IMG/VR virus record: IMGVR_UViG_3300019378_000009
Coordinates: 45,429-109,428 of that record
Direction: 5' to 3' (one strand)
Length of the DNA: 64,000 bases
Origin: a virus
Taxonomy: Duplodnaviria > Caudoviricetes
Within the stretch, counting starts at the first letter, position 1. Each line of letters starts with the position of its first letter. Positions 20,151 to 29,201 of the stretch are shown piece after piece. The translations under genes were made by a program, and so were the position numbers. The notes below the pieces were generated by a model. That model made no database searches and was not told the origin of the DNA. It saw only the letters and a list, made by a program, of their open reading frames with translations.

Positions 20151-20870
20151 TTATTTATCTGTAATGTACTTAATCTTTTTCTTCGACATGATTTGTCGTT
20201 TTTGTATATCATAGCCAATAATTTTTGGCACAAATTTAGTTAATGCTTGAATATGAAAATAATTCATATTAAATAATTCATCAAATGTATAACCAAGCTC
20301 ATAATTTAATGGCATAATAATTTTTAACAGTTCTTCATATTGACTATTATTACTAGTTTGCTTTTTATTGCCATTTTTTATACGCTGTATTTCTGCTTCT
20401 TTATCAATTAACCATTGCGGTTTATATGCTTGAAATTGACTTTGATCATTAAACTTTTTTAAACCCGCGGATACTAATGCTATTTCGCATATACGTTCAA
20501 ATAAAATTTGATCAATTTCTATACGTTTAATACTCCATATGCCATTATTATCTTCAAATTGTTCTTGCAATAAAAAACATAAAAAATATTTAATATTGCG
20601 TACCAAAATATTCTCCTTATTAAATTTATATAATTTTAACATTTCCCACAAGCTCGAATACTGATTATGAGTTTTATTCCTCCAATCCGCAGAGCTCATG
20701 TGACATAAAGCTAATGCATTTTGTATATAAGGATTAATAAAACTGTCTTTTAAATTAATTAAGCGCATATGAAAATCAAAATTATCTTTTAAATTGGCAT
20801 CCGAGATATAAAAAGTAACAGGCTCTTCCGCAATTAACAAGATTTCAGAAAAATTATCTTGAAATTTCAT
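20151..20870 (-). CDS. Putative tail assembly chaperone
   Basis: Position in the tail operon; YTFDELFNMNYFHI resembles chaperone C-terminal motifs. Confidence 0.5.
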   Translation of the reverse strand: MKFQDNFSEILLIAEEPVTFYISDANLKDNFDFHMRLINLKDSFINPYIQNALALCHMSSADWRNKTHNQYSSLWEMLKLYKFNKENILVRNIKYFLCFLLQEQFEDNNGIWSIKRIEIDQILFERICEIALVSAGLKKFNDQSQFQAYKPQWLIDKEAEIQRIKNGNKKQTSNNSQYEELLKIIMPLNYELGYTFDELFNMNYFHIQALTKFVPKIIGYDIQKRQIMSKKKIKYITDK

Positions 20871-20882
20871 GATAGCTCCTTA

Positions 20883-22697
20883 TTATATAGATAAAGTTCT
20901 TATATTATTCATTTTAATACGATACATTATAGATAAAGAAGGCATTTTTTTATTAGTAATACTGCCATTATTAGATAAAATATTAAATGCTCTTCCGTAT
21001 ATTAATTTATAATCAGGTTTTTTCCCATGATTATTTAAAAAATCTTCCCATAACTTGCTAATAAGCAAATCTATTTGTGTTTGCAAAAATTGAACCTGAG
21101 AATAGCTACTATAAGAAATCTGTCGTGCAGGATTGGACATCACTATTAAAAAATCCTTAATCTTAGCAGGAGTGATTTCTTTTAATTTTTCTAATATATC
21201 TGCAGTATTATGAATTGAACCAATACTTTCTAAAGCCATGGCTAACTGTTGATTATGTCCATCTTTTGGATTGCCAACAATTTTAGTACATATTTCCAAC
21301 CAGGCTAAATAATAAATAATAGAATTATTAAAACGAATAAAACTTCTCATATTACTAGAAGGAATCGCCCCAGCATTGTTATAAACATATCTAATCAAAC
21401 TGTTAATTTTATTTTGATTTTCTTTATAACTTTCTGAACCAACATGCTTGTTGATTTCATTAAAATTTAAATTTGCAGAAGAGGCATTAGCTGAAAATAA
21501 ATCTTCTGTCGTAACAGTTACTATATTATTATTTTGAGATATATTTTTAACCGCCATAGATAATTTAACACTTGAAGGGATATTAATAATAATATCTCCC
21601 ACTGAAATAGAAAGAATTAAATCAGCTTTATTTATCTTATTGTCTAAACCGCCTTTTTGACCATAAGACTCACCGCTTGCTAGAGTATGATACGCTCCTT
21701 TATTCAAACCAATATTTTGAGAAATAATATTAAAAACATTAGTTTCAAAAGAATTAATAATATCGTCTTGATAGGCATTGATTATAGCGTTTTCAGATTT
21801 AGTAGATAATTCAAATTCAGTAATCTTGCCTAGTTCTTTACTATTGGGTTTTAATGTTTTCTGTACCTCTATACTCGCTCCGTAAATGCTCTTAGTAGAT
21901 GCATCATTTTTAAAACTTTCTAGCCAATCTCTTACACGATCGTCTCCAATAAACTCAGCACGCATTTGTTCTGCTATTGCTTTAAAAACTTTTTGTAATT
22001 CTTTAATTTGTGGAGTGGTTTTAATATCTTTACACAGCATAGATTGTGCTGTTTTCTTATCTATAATATGAGCATGCAGTAGTCTTCCAACATAGTCTTC
22101 ATATGATTCGCGGCCAAAATGATAATCAAGAGCAGAGGCGGCGCTTTGCGCCATTTTATAATTAAGTATTGATTTTAAATTTGCAGATTGACCAATCTGT
22201 TCCAAATCATTATAATAATGTATAAAGTCTTCCCAAGTTTGTATATTAACATTATTTCCCATTTTGTGTTCTTCTTCGTTAATTTTATCAAACACTTGGG
22301 TTTTCCACAAATTATTAATTTGAATAATTCTAGTTCCTATAACACCCTTTTGCTCAGCTACTAGCTCCTCTAGCATTCGGCGCATAGAAACTTCAGCAGT
22401 ATGTAAACCAGTAGACCAAGTTTTTTGGTGGGAGTGTATATAAGTATAGTGACCATTATTATTACCACCTAAAATATAAACCAAATTTGGATTTTTCAAT
22501 TCTTGTATGGCATATTTAGAAACAGTATATTTATTTCTTTTGTTGTTTGCCTTAGACAAAGCCTCAAGCATTTTTTTATTTTCTTCTTGTTCTGCTTTTG
22601 CTTTGGTTTTAGCTTCTTGTTTTAATCTTTTTTGCTCTTTATCTTCTGTGGTATTTTTTTTATTACTTTTTCCCTTATTTAGTGCCATATTATTCAC
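20883..22697 (-). CDS. Hypothetical protein (604 aa, basic N-terminus)
   Basis: Long intact ORF in the tail operon; no family recognised. Confidence 0.7.
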   Translation of the reverse strand: MNNMALNKGKSNKKNTTEDKEQKRLKQEAKTKAKAEQEENKKMLEALSKANNKRNKYTVSKYAIQELKNPNLVYILGGNNNGHYTYIHSHQKTWSTGLHTAEVSMRRMLEELVAEQKGVIGTRIIQINNLWKTQVFDKINEEEHKMGNNVNIQTWEDFIHYYNDLEQIGQSANLKSILNYKMAQSAASALDYHFGRESYEDYVGRLLHAHIIDKKTAQSMLCKDIKTTPQIKELQKVFKAIAEQMRAEFIGDDRVRDWLESFKNDASTKSIYGASIEVQKTLKPNSKELGKITEFELSTKSENAIINAYQDDIINSFETNVFNIISQNIGLNKGAYHTLASGESYGQKGGLDNKINKADLILSISVGDIIINIPSSVKLSMAVKNISQNNNIVTVTTEDLFSANASSANLNFNEINKHVGSESYKENQNKINSLIRYVYNNAGAIPSSNMRSFIRFNNSIIYYLAWLEICTKIVGNPKDGHNQQLAMALESIGSIHNTADILEKLKEITPAKIKDFLIVMSNPARQISYSSYSQVQFLQTQIDLLISKLWEDFLNNHGKKPDYKLIYGRAFNILSNNGSITNKKMPSLSIMYRIKMNNIRTLSI

Positions 22698-23391
22698 CTA
22701 TATGAAAATAGCTTTGTTCTTGTCCTCTGTGTATAATTTGCCATTGCAAAGGTGCGTGCAAAATAGTGCCAGACACAAAATCAAATACTGGGATAGACAT
22801 TAAAGAAGCTGCAGGAATTTTAATAAATAAACGATCACTGATCTTATTATTATTTCCTTTTGCAAAAATTTCTAAAGTAAAGTATCCATAATGAGGAGTA
22901 TCAAAAGCAAAACAATCATTAGTAGATATAAAATCATAAAATACTAAATAAGACTGCCCCTCTTCAAAATCTCCAATTAGTTTACCCTCTTGAATTGTAA
23001 AATCAATCACTAAGTCATGATTTTCATTATAAACCCACGCATTAAAAATCTGTTCTGAATGAGGTAAAAAAATTTGACCACCATCTGCTTCACAATAGCA
23101 AAAATTAGACAACATCTTTTTACCTTGTTTGTCAGCTACTAAGCTCATTACCTTATCATTTAATGCTACTTTACTAATTGAAATATAATCTGGCAAACCA
23201 TCTCTCGCCGCAATCACTTGATTTTTTGCAGAACTGTCTGAATTCGTAATGCGATATGATAAATTTACAATAACATTTTCTAAAATAGTGTAAGGTTCAC
23301 CAGCACTATATTTTTTACCACCAATAATGCGGTCAGAATTGCAGCGAATAATTACATCGCATAAATCTCCATATTCATATAAATTGTTCAT
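22690..23391 (-). CDS. Divergent tail-tube-like protein
   Basis: DLCDVIIR...IGGKKYSAGEPY N-terminus and YFTLE...IKIP recall tail tube folds; position in the tail module. Confidence 0.4.
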   Translation of the reverse strand: MNNLYEYGDLCDVIIRCNSDRIIGGKKYSAGEPYTILENVIVNLSYRITNSDSSAKNQVIAARDGLPDYISISKVALNDKVMSLVADKQGKKMLSNFCYCEADGGQIFLPHSEQIFNAWVYNENHDLVIDFTIQEGKLIGDFEEGQSYLVFYDFISTNDCFAFDTPHYGYFTLEIFAKGNNNKISDRLFIKIPAASLMSIPVFDFVSGTILHAPLQWQIIHRGQEQSYFHIGE

Positions 23392-23414
23392 AATTATTCC
23401 CCTCCATTTATTAT

Positions 23415-23443
23415 ATTATAACACAAAGTAGTATAATTGTCAA
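23415..23443 (-). promoter_or_regulatory. Internal sigma-A-type promoter within the structural operon
   Basis: Minus strand TTGACA-17 nt-TATAAT with TG, then GGAGG RBS. Confidence 0.75.
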
Positions 23444-23450
23444 ATTCGGA

Positions 23451-23476
23451 AAAGAAAACCCGGAATTACTTCCGGG
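23451..23476 (-). terminator. Intrinsic terminator after the tail tube paralogue
   Basis: CCCGGAA-N4-TTCCGGG stem followed by a U tract on the minus strand. Confidence 0.65.
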
Positions 23477-23630
23477 CATCTTATTGTGCTTCCATTTTCA
23501 ATCTTTTGTATATAAATTCCAAATTTCCGTCATTACAGTAGATTACAACTAATCTGTTTTAAATTATTATATTACGCTGTCGTAGTTCTAAAATAATTTG
23601 CTGTTTTCTAAATCTTATTTTCAAAATAAA

Positions 23631-24560
23631 CTATTTAAGAGTGCTATAGTTTAATGCTAAGATACTATCTCCACCAAAAACTATCCTTTGTAATTTATCT
23701 TGTCCAAAGAAGGAGTTTTCACCAATTTTAACAATTGTTGAAGGAATATAAATATTTTCAATTTTTATATTATTATCCGCAAAAGCTCCATCTGTAATAT
23801 ACATAACTTTTTTACCCAAATGCCAAGCAGGAATAACAACATCACCGGTGTACACACTATCAGTTAATCCAACAATGCTATAAGTTAAATTATCACTATT
23901 TAATTGATAATTTAAATTTTTATTAATCATATAACCAAATCTCAGCCAAGGTTTTTCCGCGATATGATAAAATATATCATGCCCATTAAGATGTGCGTCA
24001 TCCTTAATCTTTACAATTCCAACGTTACCACTACAATCAAATACAGCGGCATCGCCTTCTGCATCTTGTGTTAAATTTAAAACGCCATTTGGAATAAAAC
24101 ATGGAATAAAAATCCATACTTTTTTCTTTTGGCCAGTTTTTTGATCAATAAAAAATGTCTCACCTTCAATAGCAAAAGGACTAGGGAACTTATCGGTAAC
24201 AGATAATATTCCCCTTTCTTCATCGTAATCACATCCGAAGAAAGTTTTTAAAACTTCTGCACTTCCCAATGCATTTTGCATTTCCAGAGTCATTGTTTTT
24301 CCATATTTTAACAATGGATTTGCGTATCGTCCACCAGTAATAATCTTAGTAGGACCCTCTTGTGTTAAATTTGCTATTTTAAGAGTATCTATATATAAAT
24401 GCGTACATTCAAAATCAAAAGGGGTTAAAGCACTGCCACTGGTTTTATGTACGCATCCACTTTTTACATTATAAGAAGCTCCTGGCGCCAATTTATAAAT
24501 GCAAGCATTCATAACAGTTACAACACCAAAGCCTTTCATTAAATCTTGAAAAGAAATCAT
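23631..24560 (-). CDS. Major tail protein paralogue with a C-terminal BspA-like leucine-rich-repeat extension
   Basis: First ~205 aa closely match 24614-25339; tail YSIVGL...VVIP...GKKV..ITDGAF...IYIPSTIVKIGENSF is TpLRR/BspA-like. Confidence 0.75.
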   Translation of the reverse strand: MISFQDLMKGFGVVTVMNACIYKLAPGASYNVKSGCVHKTSGSALTPFDFECTHLYIDTLKIANLTQEGPTKIITGGRYANPLLKYGKTMTLEMQNALGSAEVLKTFFGCDYDEERGILSVTDKFPSPFAIEGETFFIDQKTGQKKKVWIFIPCFIPNGVLNLTQDAEGDAAVFDCSGNVGIVKIKDDAHLNGHDIFYHIAEKPWLRFGYMINKNLNYQLNSDNLTYSIVGLTDSVYTGDVVIPAWHLGKKVMYITDGAFADNNIKIENIYIPSTIVKIGENSFFGQDKLQRIVFGGDSILALNYSTLK

Positions 24561-24578
24561 TTATTTTCCTCTCTTTTA

Positions 24579-24605
24579 GAAAACCCTCCCGCCTAAACGG
24601 GAGGG
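24579..24605 (-). terminator. Intrinsic terminator between the two tail tube genes
   Basis: CCCTCCCG-N6-CGGGAGGG followed by TTTT on the minus strand. Confidence 0.75.
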
Positions 24606-24613
24606 AATGTTAA

Positions 24614-25339
24614 TTATTCACCTGTTTGTTCTGTTTGCTCTGTTTCAGTGTGATAATCCTTATTCGGAGTACCAGTAGCTTGAGCTTGATCTGCACCTGC
24701 AAACCAAGATTCGCTACGAATCTGATAAAATACTTCTTTAGTATTTGTATCGTCATCTGCACCTTCCCAAGGAGAGGCATCAGTTCTAATTTTAGTTACG
24801 CTTACAGTACCGTTAAGATCAAATACTGCAGCATCGCCCTCTGCATCCTGAGTAAGAGTAAGAATTGCATCAGGGAGGAACTGAGGAATAAAGATTTTTA
24901 CATCTACTTTGTCTCCGCTCTTTTGATCTATAAAGAAAGTATCTCCTTCAATAGCAAAAGCGCCAGGGAATTTATCAGTTACAGAAAGAACTCCGTCTTC
25001 ATAGTCGCAACCAAAAAATTCAGTTAATACAGCTTCTCTACCAAGCGCATCCTGCATCTCCATTGTCATAGTTTTACCATACTTAAGAAGAGGGTTAGCA
25101 TATTGACCACCAGTAATAGTCTTAGTAGGACCTTCTTGTGTAAGATTTGCTATTTTAAGAGTGTCCAAATAAAGGCCAGTACATTCAAAATCATCGGGCG
25201 CCAATGCACCTGCATTGCTAGTACCATGTGCGCAAGAACCACGTCCAACATAAGTGACACCTTCCTTAAGCTTATAAATGCAAGCATTCATAACGGTTAC
25301 GACACCAAAACCCTTCATTAAATCAGCAAAAGTTGCCAT
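24614..25339 (-). CDS. Major tail (tube) protein
   Basis: Follows the head-tail joining genes, has its own terminator; LYLDTLK...TITGG...MEMQDAL pattern. Confidence 0.75.
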   Translation of the reverse strand: MATFADLMKGFGVVTVMNACIYKLKEGVTYVGRGSCAHGTSNAGALAPDDFECTGLYLDTLKIANLTQEGPTKTITGGQYANPLLKYGKTMTMEMQDALGREAVLTEFFGCDYEDGVLSVTDKFPGAFAIEGDTFFIDQKSGDKVDVKIFIPQFLPDAILTLTQDAEGDAAVFDLNGTVSVTKIRTDASPWEGADDDTNTKEVFYQIRSESWFAGADQAQATGTPNKDYHTETEQTEQTGE

Positions 25340-25354
25340 TATAATTTTACCTCG

Positions 25355-25846
25355 TTAAAATTTATCAATTTTTCCGCTACCATCTGTAACTTCAAATAGT
25401 AACGCGTATCCAAACAATTTCTTACTGATAATTAAATCAGTCATTGTATCAAATACTAATTTGTTTGAAGCTGCAAACTTATGGTTATTTACCAATTTAA
25501 TAATTCTATTACAAATTTGAATTGGTCTAATTTTTAAGTCTACAAGCTCCCATTTATCTTCGTTACATACCACATTAATCTGAATGACTCCATCTAGTTT
25601 CTTAGTTTCGTCACCAGGTATAATTTGTGTGGTATAAATATTAATTACGCTATTTTTTGCATATTCTTCCTTATTTTCAAAATCAAACACAGGTTTTAAA
25701 GTAATATAATCTTCTACCAATTGCGGCAAGGGTGCCAACATATTCAAAGCATTGTTAGAGTCATTAAACAATAACTTCCTAATCAACTCATCCGCAAGCA
25801 ATTTGTTCTTAATTCCTGCCAAAGTTTCTTCAATTTTTTCTAACAT
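25355..25846 (-). CDS. Tail terminator / completion protein
   Basis: Synteny, size, IRP motif. Confidence 0.55.
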   Translation of the reverse strand: MLEKIEETLAGIKNKLLADELIRKLLFNDSNNALNMLAPLPQLVEDYITLKPVFDFENKEEYAKNSVINIYTTQIIPGDETKKLDGVIQINVVCNEDKWELVDLKIRPIQICNRIIKLVNNHKFAASNKLVFDTMTDLIISKKLFGYALLFEVTDGSGKIDKF

Positions 25847-26662
25847 TTATACTACCACCTTGTATGTTTTACTAATAATTCCAGCATCATTTTTCACACT
25901 AATTTCAATTTCTTTTAAGCCATATGGTATCTCAAATACTACTTCATTTTCTTTGCGCGATTTTATGTTAAGGGGAGAAGAAGAATTAAAAAATCCTTGC
26001 AAAGTTCCGAATGTATAATTAATACCTGCCTTCAGTTCATCGCAATTGTGATACTCAATAACATCAGAGCTTTTAGAAAAGAAATCTCTTTCTAAAGAAG
26101 CATATACAATTCCTGGATTAGTAATTGCGTCATAATCAATTACTTTCCACGGTTTCTCGCCAATAATAACTTTAACACCATTTTTAATCCACTCTTGACG
26201 CGGCAAAATTAAAATGGGTTTTTCTTTATCTGAAACATTCAATTTTTGTTGAAATTCAGTATCTACATACGTTCTCAAAGATGAAATGAAATATCCACCA
26301 CATTCAGTATAACTATCCATCACTTGAACTTTTGCGTTACATTGGTAAGCTTTTTGTTTTATATAAGACACTTCTCGCGGAATAATAACATCCTCATAAA
26401 CAAAGAACATTTTATTATCCCAAGTGTAATAATCAGTTTTAAGAAGATTTTGTTTTAAATCTTGTTGCTTTGGTGTAAATACAATTGCCGTATCGGGACC
26501 CTCGGTATCTGTAAACACCATCGTTGCATCCCGGTCTATATCTAAGCGCACTATATGAATAATAATTGGAGACGCACCTTCTGTAATAAAGCGTGTTTCA
26601 AATTTTTTTCTACACTCTGCTTCATTATTCATTCTTGTGCGAAACAAATCAAAATTACTCAT
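25847..26662 (-). CDS. Head closure / head-tail joining protein
   Basis: Synteny; WKVIDYDAITNPGI beta-rich pattern. Confidence 0.5.
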   Translation of the reverse strand: MSNFDLFRTRMNNEAECRKKFETRFITEGASPIIIHIVRLDIDRDATMVFTDTEGPDTAIVFTPKQQDLKQNLLKTDYYTWDNKMFFVYEDVIIPREVSYIKQKAYQCNAKVQVMDSYTECGGYFISSLRTYVDTEFQQKLNVSDKEKPILILPRQEWIKNGVKVIIGEKPWKVIDYDAITNPGIVYASLERDFFSKSSDVIEYHNCDELKAGINYTFGTLQGFFNSSSPLNIKSRKENEVVFEIPYGLKEIEISVKNDAGIISKTYKVVV

Positions 26663-27107
26663 CTGCGTTTACATCTCCTATCGTCGGAGTTCCATTATAG
26701 CTTCTATAATAAAACTCCTCTGTTTTGCGAGCCTGCGTAGTAAATGCCTCTAAGGCTTTCACTATACTTGCAATCAAATTACCACTAGAAAATGCTTTAA
26801 CGTCTTTGTCCGCATAAAGATTTTCATAATTTCTCTCCTTTGAAAGTTGGTATTCTAACCAAAGTACTTTCATCCAGCACAAAATTACTTCAAGTTCTGA
26901 CATAGTAATATTATTTACAAAACTACCTTCGCCATTTTCATTAATTATATATGCTAAATCAATGCGCGGAAAACGAAACCGAGCAATGGCACGCACTGCA
27001 AATTCATTCAGTGCCTGCTCAAGCTCTTCGTTCGTATAAGACGCTAAAGTACAACTACTCAGCGTAGATAAAAACAGGGGAAATAAAAACTTATTCCATT
27101 GACGCAT
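26655..27107 (-). CDS. Head-tail adaptor protein
   Basis: Synteny; AIARFRFPR...ELEVIL..MKVLWL...FSSGN pattern. Confidence 0.6.
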   Translation of the reverse strand: MRQWNKFLFPLFLSTLSSCTLASYTNEELEQALNEFAVRAIARFRFPRIDLAYIINENGEGSFVNNITMSELEVILCWMKVLWLEYQLSKERNYENLYADKDVKAFSSGNLIASIVKALEAFTTQARKTEEFYYRSYNGTPTIGDVNADE

Positions 27108-27573
27108 CTTCTACCTGCAACTCAACGCCGAGAATTTTATTCAAATCGTCGATCATTGACAAGGGAAGTTCATTGATATGTTCTCTTGCAAGTATAATAA
27201 CATTATCCCGATTTACATCGTTACCTTGTATAAATTCACGGATAGCTTTTCTATTGCCCTGTTTTAAAGCCAAAGTAATTTCCTCTTCTGAAGCCGCAAC
27301 AACTTTATCTTCAACTGGGAAGAAAATTTCAGCAACCTCTGCTTCAAACTGTTTGACGGGTTCTATCTTAAACTTTCCTTGTTTATACATCCTTTCAAGA
27401 GTAGGATTTGTAAAAATTCCAAGAGCAAAAGTACGAGGAATTCTTACTTTTTTTATATTGTAAGGAATAACAACCAAACGCTCAGGCGTAGTCATATCAT
27501 ATGAAGGCATTCTTAAACTAAGTCCGCCCTTACAATTCTTTACAATATCATAAAAATTTAACTGTTCTGCCAT
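27091..27573 (-). CDS. Hypothetical protein downstream of the capsid gene
   Basis: 160-aa ORF with AAAGGA RBS. Confidence 0.7.
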   Translation of the reverse strand: MAEQLNFYDIVKNCKGGLSLRMPSYDMTTPERLVVIPYNIKKVRIPRTFALGIFTNPTLERMYKQGKFKIEPVKQFEAEVAEIFFPVEDKVVAASEEEITLALKQGNRKAIREFIQGNDVNRDNVIILAREHINELPLSMIDDLNKILGVELQVEDASME

Positions 27574-27593
27574 TTATCTAAAATCCTTTCGTT

Positions 27594-27614
27594 AAGGGGT
27601 GGGTTTTCCACCCC
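27594..27614 (-). terminator. Hairpin after the major capsid gene
   Basis: GGGGTGG-N5-CCACCCC; weak U tract. Confidence 0.55.
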
Positions 27615-27643
27615 AAATATATATTTAACAATTATTTCCTATA

Positions 27644-28672
27644 TTAAACAGCGCCTTCGCCGTCAACAATGTCTTCGTCAGTATAAACGCAAACATCATT
27701 AACAAGAGTAAGACCAACACCCACTATACGATGTGCATTCTGTTCAACCGAACCACTTGGATGAGCATCCTCAACAATAACAAGGTCACCCTTCATAGCT
27801 ACCTTAACGGGCTTAGAAGTTGCAGGAAGAATGAACATATCACCCTCCTTGAATACCCAGTTAGTATTATTTTCATCTGCAAGATAGTTAGGAAGCTCAA
27901 CTACAGGAATACCCTTATACATAGTTACAAAACCACGATTGCGGATATCATCTGCATCAGCAGTTGTATGATTAGGAACAGTTGCCCAACCTGCACCATT
28001 GTCAATCTTAGAAATTGCAGGTCTAAAGCCCATAATGATAGCATCGCCATACTGATTAGCAATAGAAATAAGTCTATCAACAGTTGCCTTAACGAAACCA
28101 TTACCAGCATCGATGTTAGCTGCAGGTGCATGAGTCTTAGCAGTTCTAAGCGCCTGTACTGCTGCAATATAAATCTTCTCTACAAAACCATCGCGAATAT
28201 TAGCCATCAATTCTGCAAGAGAATAGTTACCAAGAAGGATATCCTCAAGAGTAACAAATACCTTTACGGTCCAAGTCTTAGTAGTAACCTGGAAGCTCTT
28301 ATTATCAAGACGTCTTGCCTTATAGATACCACCACGAGAACCTTCAATAATACCAAGTCTAGCTCTACGCTTACCAATTCCTCTAATTTCAAAGATTGGC
28401 TCTGCATCACGAGCAAATGTCTTAACTTCTGTAAAACCACCTACAATATCAGTGATTGCTTTTGGAAGCTGTTCCTGAATAACCTCTTCAAGCATAGCAA
28501 AAATTTCAGCCTTGTGAGCGCGAATTTCACGAGCGGAAGCATTCTCCAAACCATATGTTTCAAGAATTGCATTAACTGCAGCCTCATTTGCATCTACTGC
28601 GGAAAACTTAGAAGGATCTGCAGGAGCTATAGCTGCTCTAAAAAGTGTTTTAAGTTCTTGTTTAGTTGCCAT
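27644..28672 (-). CDS. Major capsid protein
   Basis: 342 aa; synteny after protease/scaffold and decoration genes; G..TMYKGIPVVELPN motif. Confidence 0.85.
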   Translation of the reverse strand: MATKQELKTLFRAAIAPADPSKFSAVDANEAAVNAILETYGLENASAREIRAHKAEIFAMLEEVIQEQLPKAITDIVGGFTEVKTFARDAEPIFEIRGIGKRRARLGIIEGSRGGIYKARRLDNKSFQVTTKTWTVKVFVTLEDILLGNYSLAELMANIRDGFVEKIYIAAVQALRTAKTHAPAANIDAGNGFVKATVDRLISIANQYGDAIIMGFRPAISKIDNGAGWATVPNHTTADADDIRNRGFVTMYKGIPVVELPNYLADENNTNWVFKEGDMFILPATSKPVKVAMKGDLVIVEDAHPSGSVEQNAHRIVGVGLTLVNDVCVYTDEDIVDGEGAV

Positions 28673-29201
28673 CTTCAGTCACCTCTTCTTCAATTGCCTC
28701 TATTACACCAAGATAAAGGAATTCGTATGCTTCGCTTCCGTCAGGAAGAGTAGAAGCAGTAGCCTTAAACATAGCGCCCTCAGCATCTGCCTGAAGTGTA
28801 AGAACACCATCAGTTACCTTTGCATAACCATTACCTTCAATTTCGCCAGTGTAGTTGTTAGTAGTGAAAGTATCACCAACATAAAGTCCGATACAACGAG
28901 GATAAACAACACCATCTACAACAGGCTCAGCAAAAAGTCTAAGCTCATTGAAGTAAGTAAGAAGCTCTTCAGTATAATGTACGAAAGGCACGGTGTGCTT
29001 CGAAGGATCGTAATTACTTACAGTACCCTCAGCATCGAGACCAAGAATGATACCATTTTCAATGTAATCGTTGCCACCTACGGTTACCTTAGCAATGCTT
29101 TCCATATCTGCGGGCATATTAGCCAGAATATGACCATTGCGCAAACCGCAAAGGTTGTTCATTTCGAATACCTTGAATGTAGGAAGGAAACTCATAATCA
29201 T
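28662..29201 (-). CDS. Capsid decoration/cement-like protein
   Basis: IENG, GDTFTTN and TLPDG motifs; lies between scaffold and capsid genes. Confidence 0.6.
   Translation of the reverse strand: MIMSFLPTFKVFEMNNLCGLRNGHILANMPADMESIAKVTVGGNDYIENGIILGLDAEGTVSNYDPSKHTVPFVHYTEELLTYFNELRLFAEPVVDGVVYPRCIGLYVGDTFTTNNYTGEIEGNGYAKVTDGVLTLQADAEGAMFKATASTLPDGSEAYEFLYLGVIEAIEEEVTEDGN

Noticed and set aside
19730-20870. Programmed frameshift joining the two genes before the tape measure gene
   Set aside because: The second gene has its own RBS and ATG, and I could not identify a convincing slippery site.
23559-23633. Stop-codon read-through or genetic-code reassignment at the TAG ending the tail paralogue
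   Set aside because: Read-through adds only about 23 codons before a TAA, and all large genes are intact under the standard code.
27731-28753. 340-aa plus-strand ORF, and similar antisense ORFs over the tape measure, terminase and early genes
   Set aside because: They are shadows of well-supported opposite-strand genes with biased codon usage, and have no RBS or recognisable motifs.
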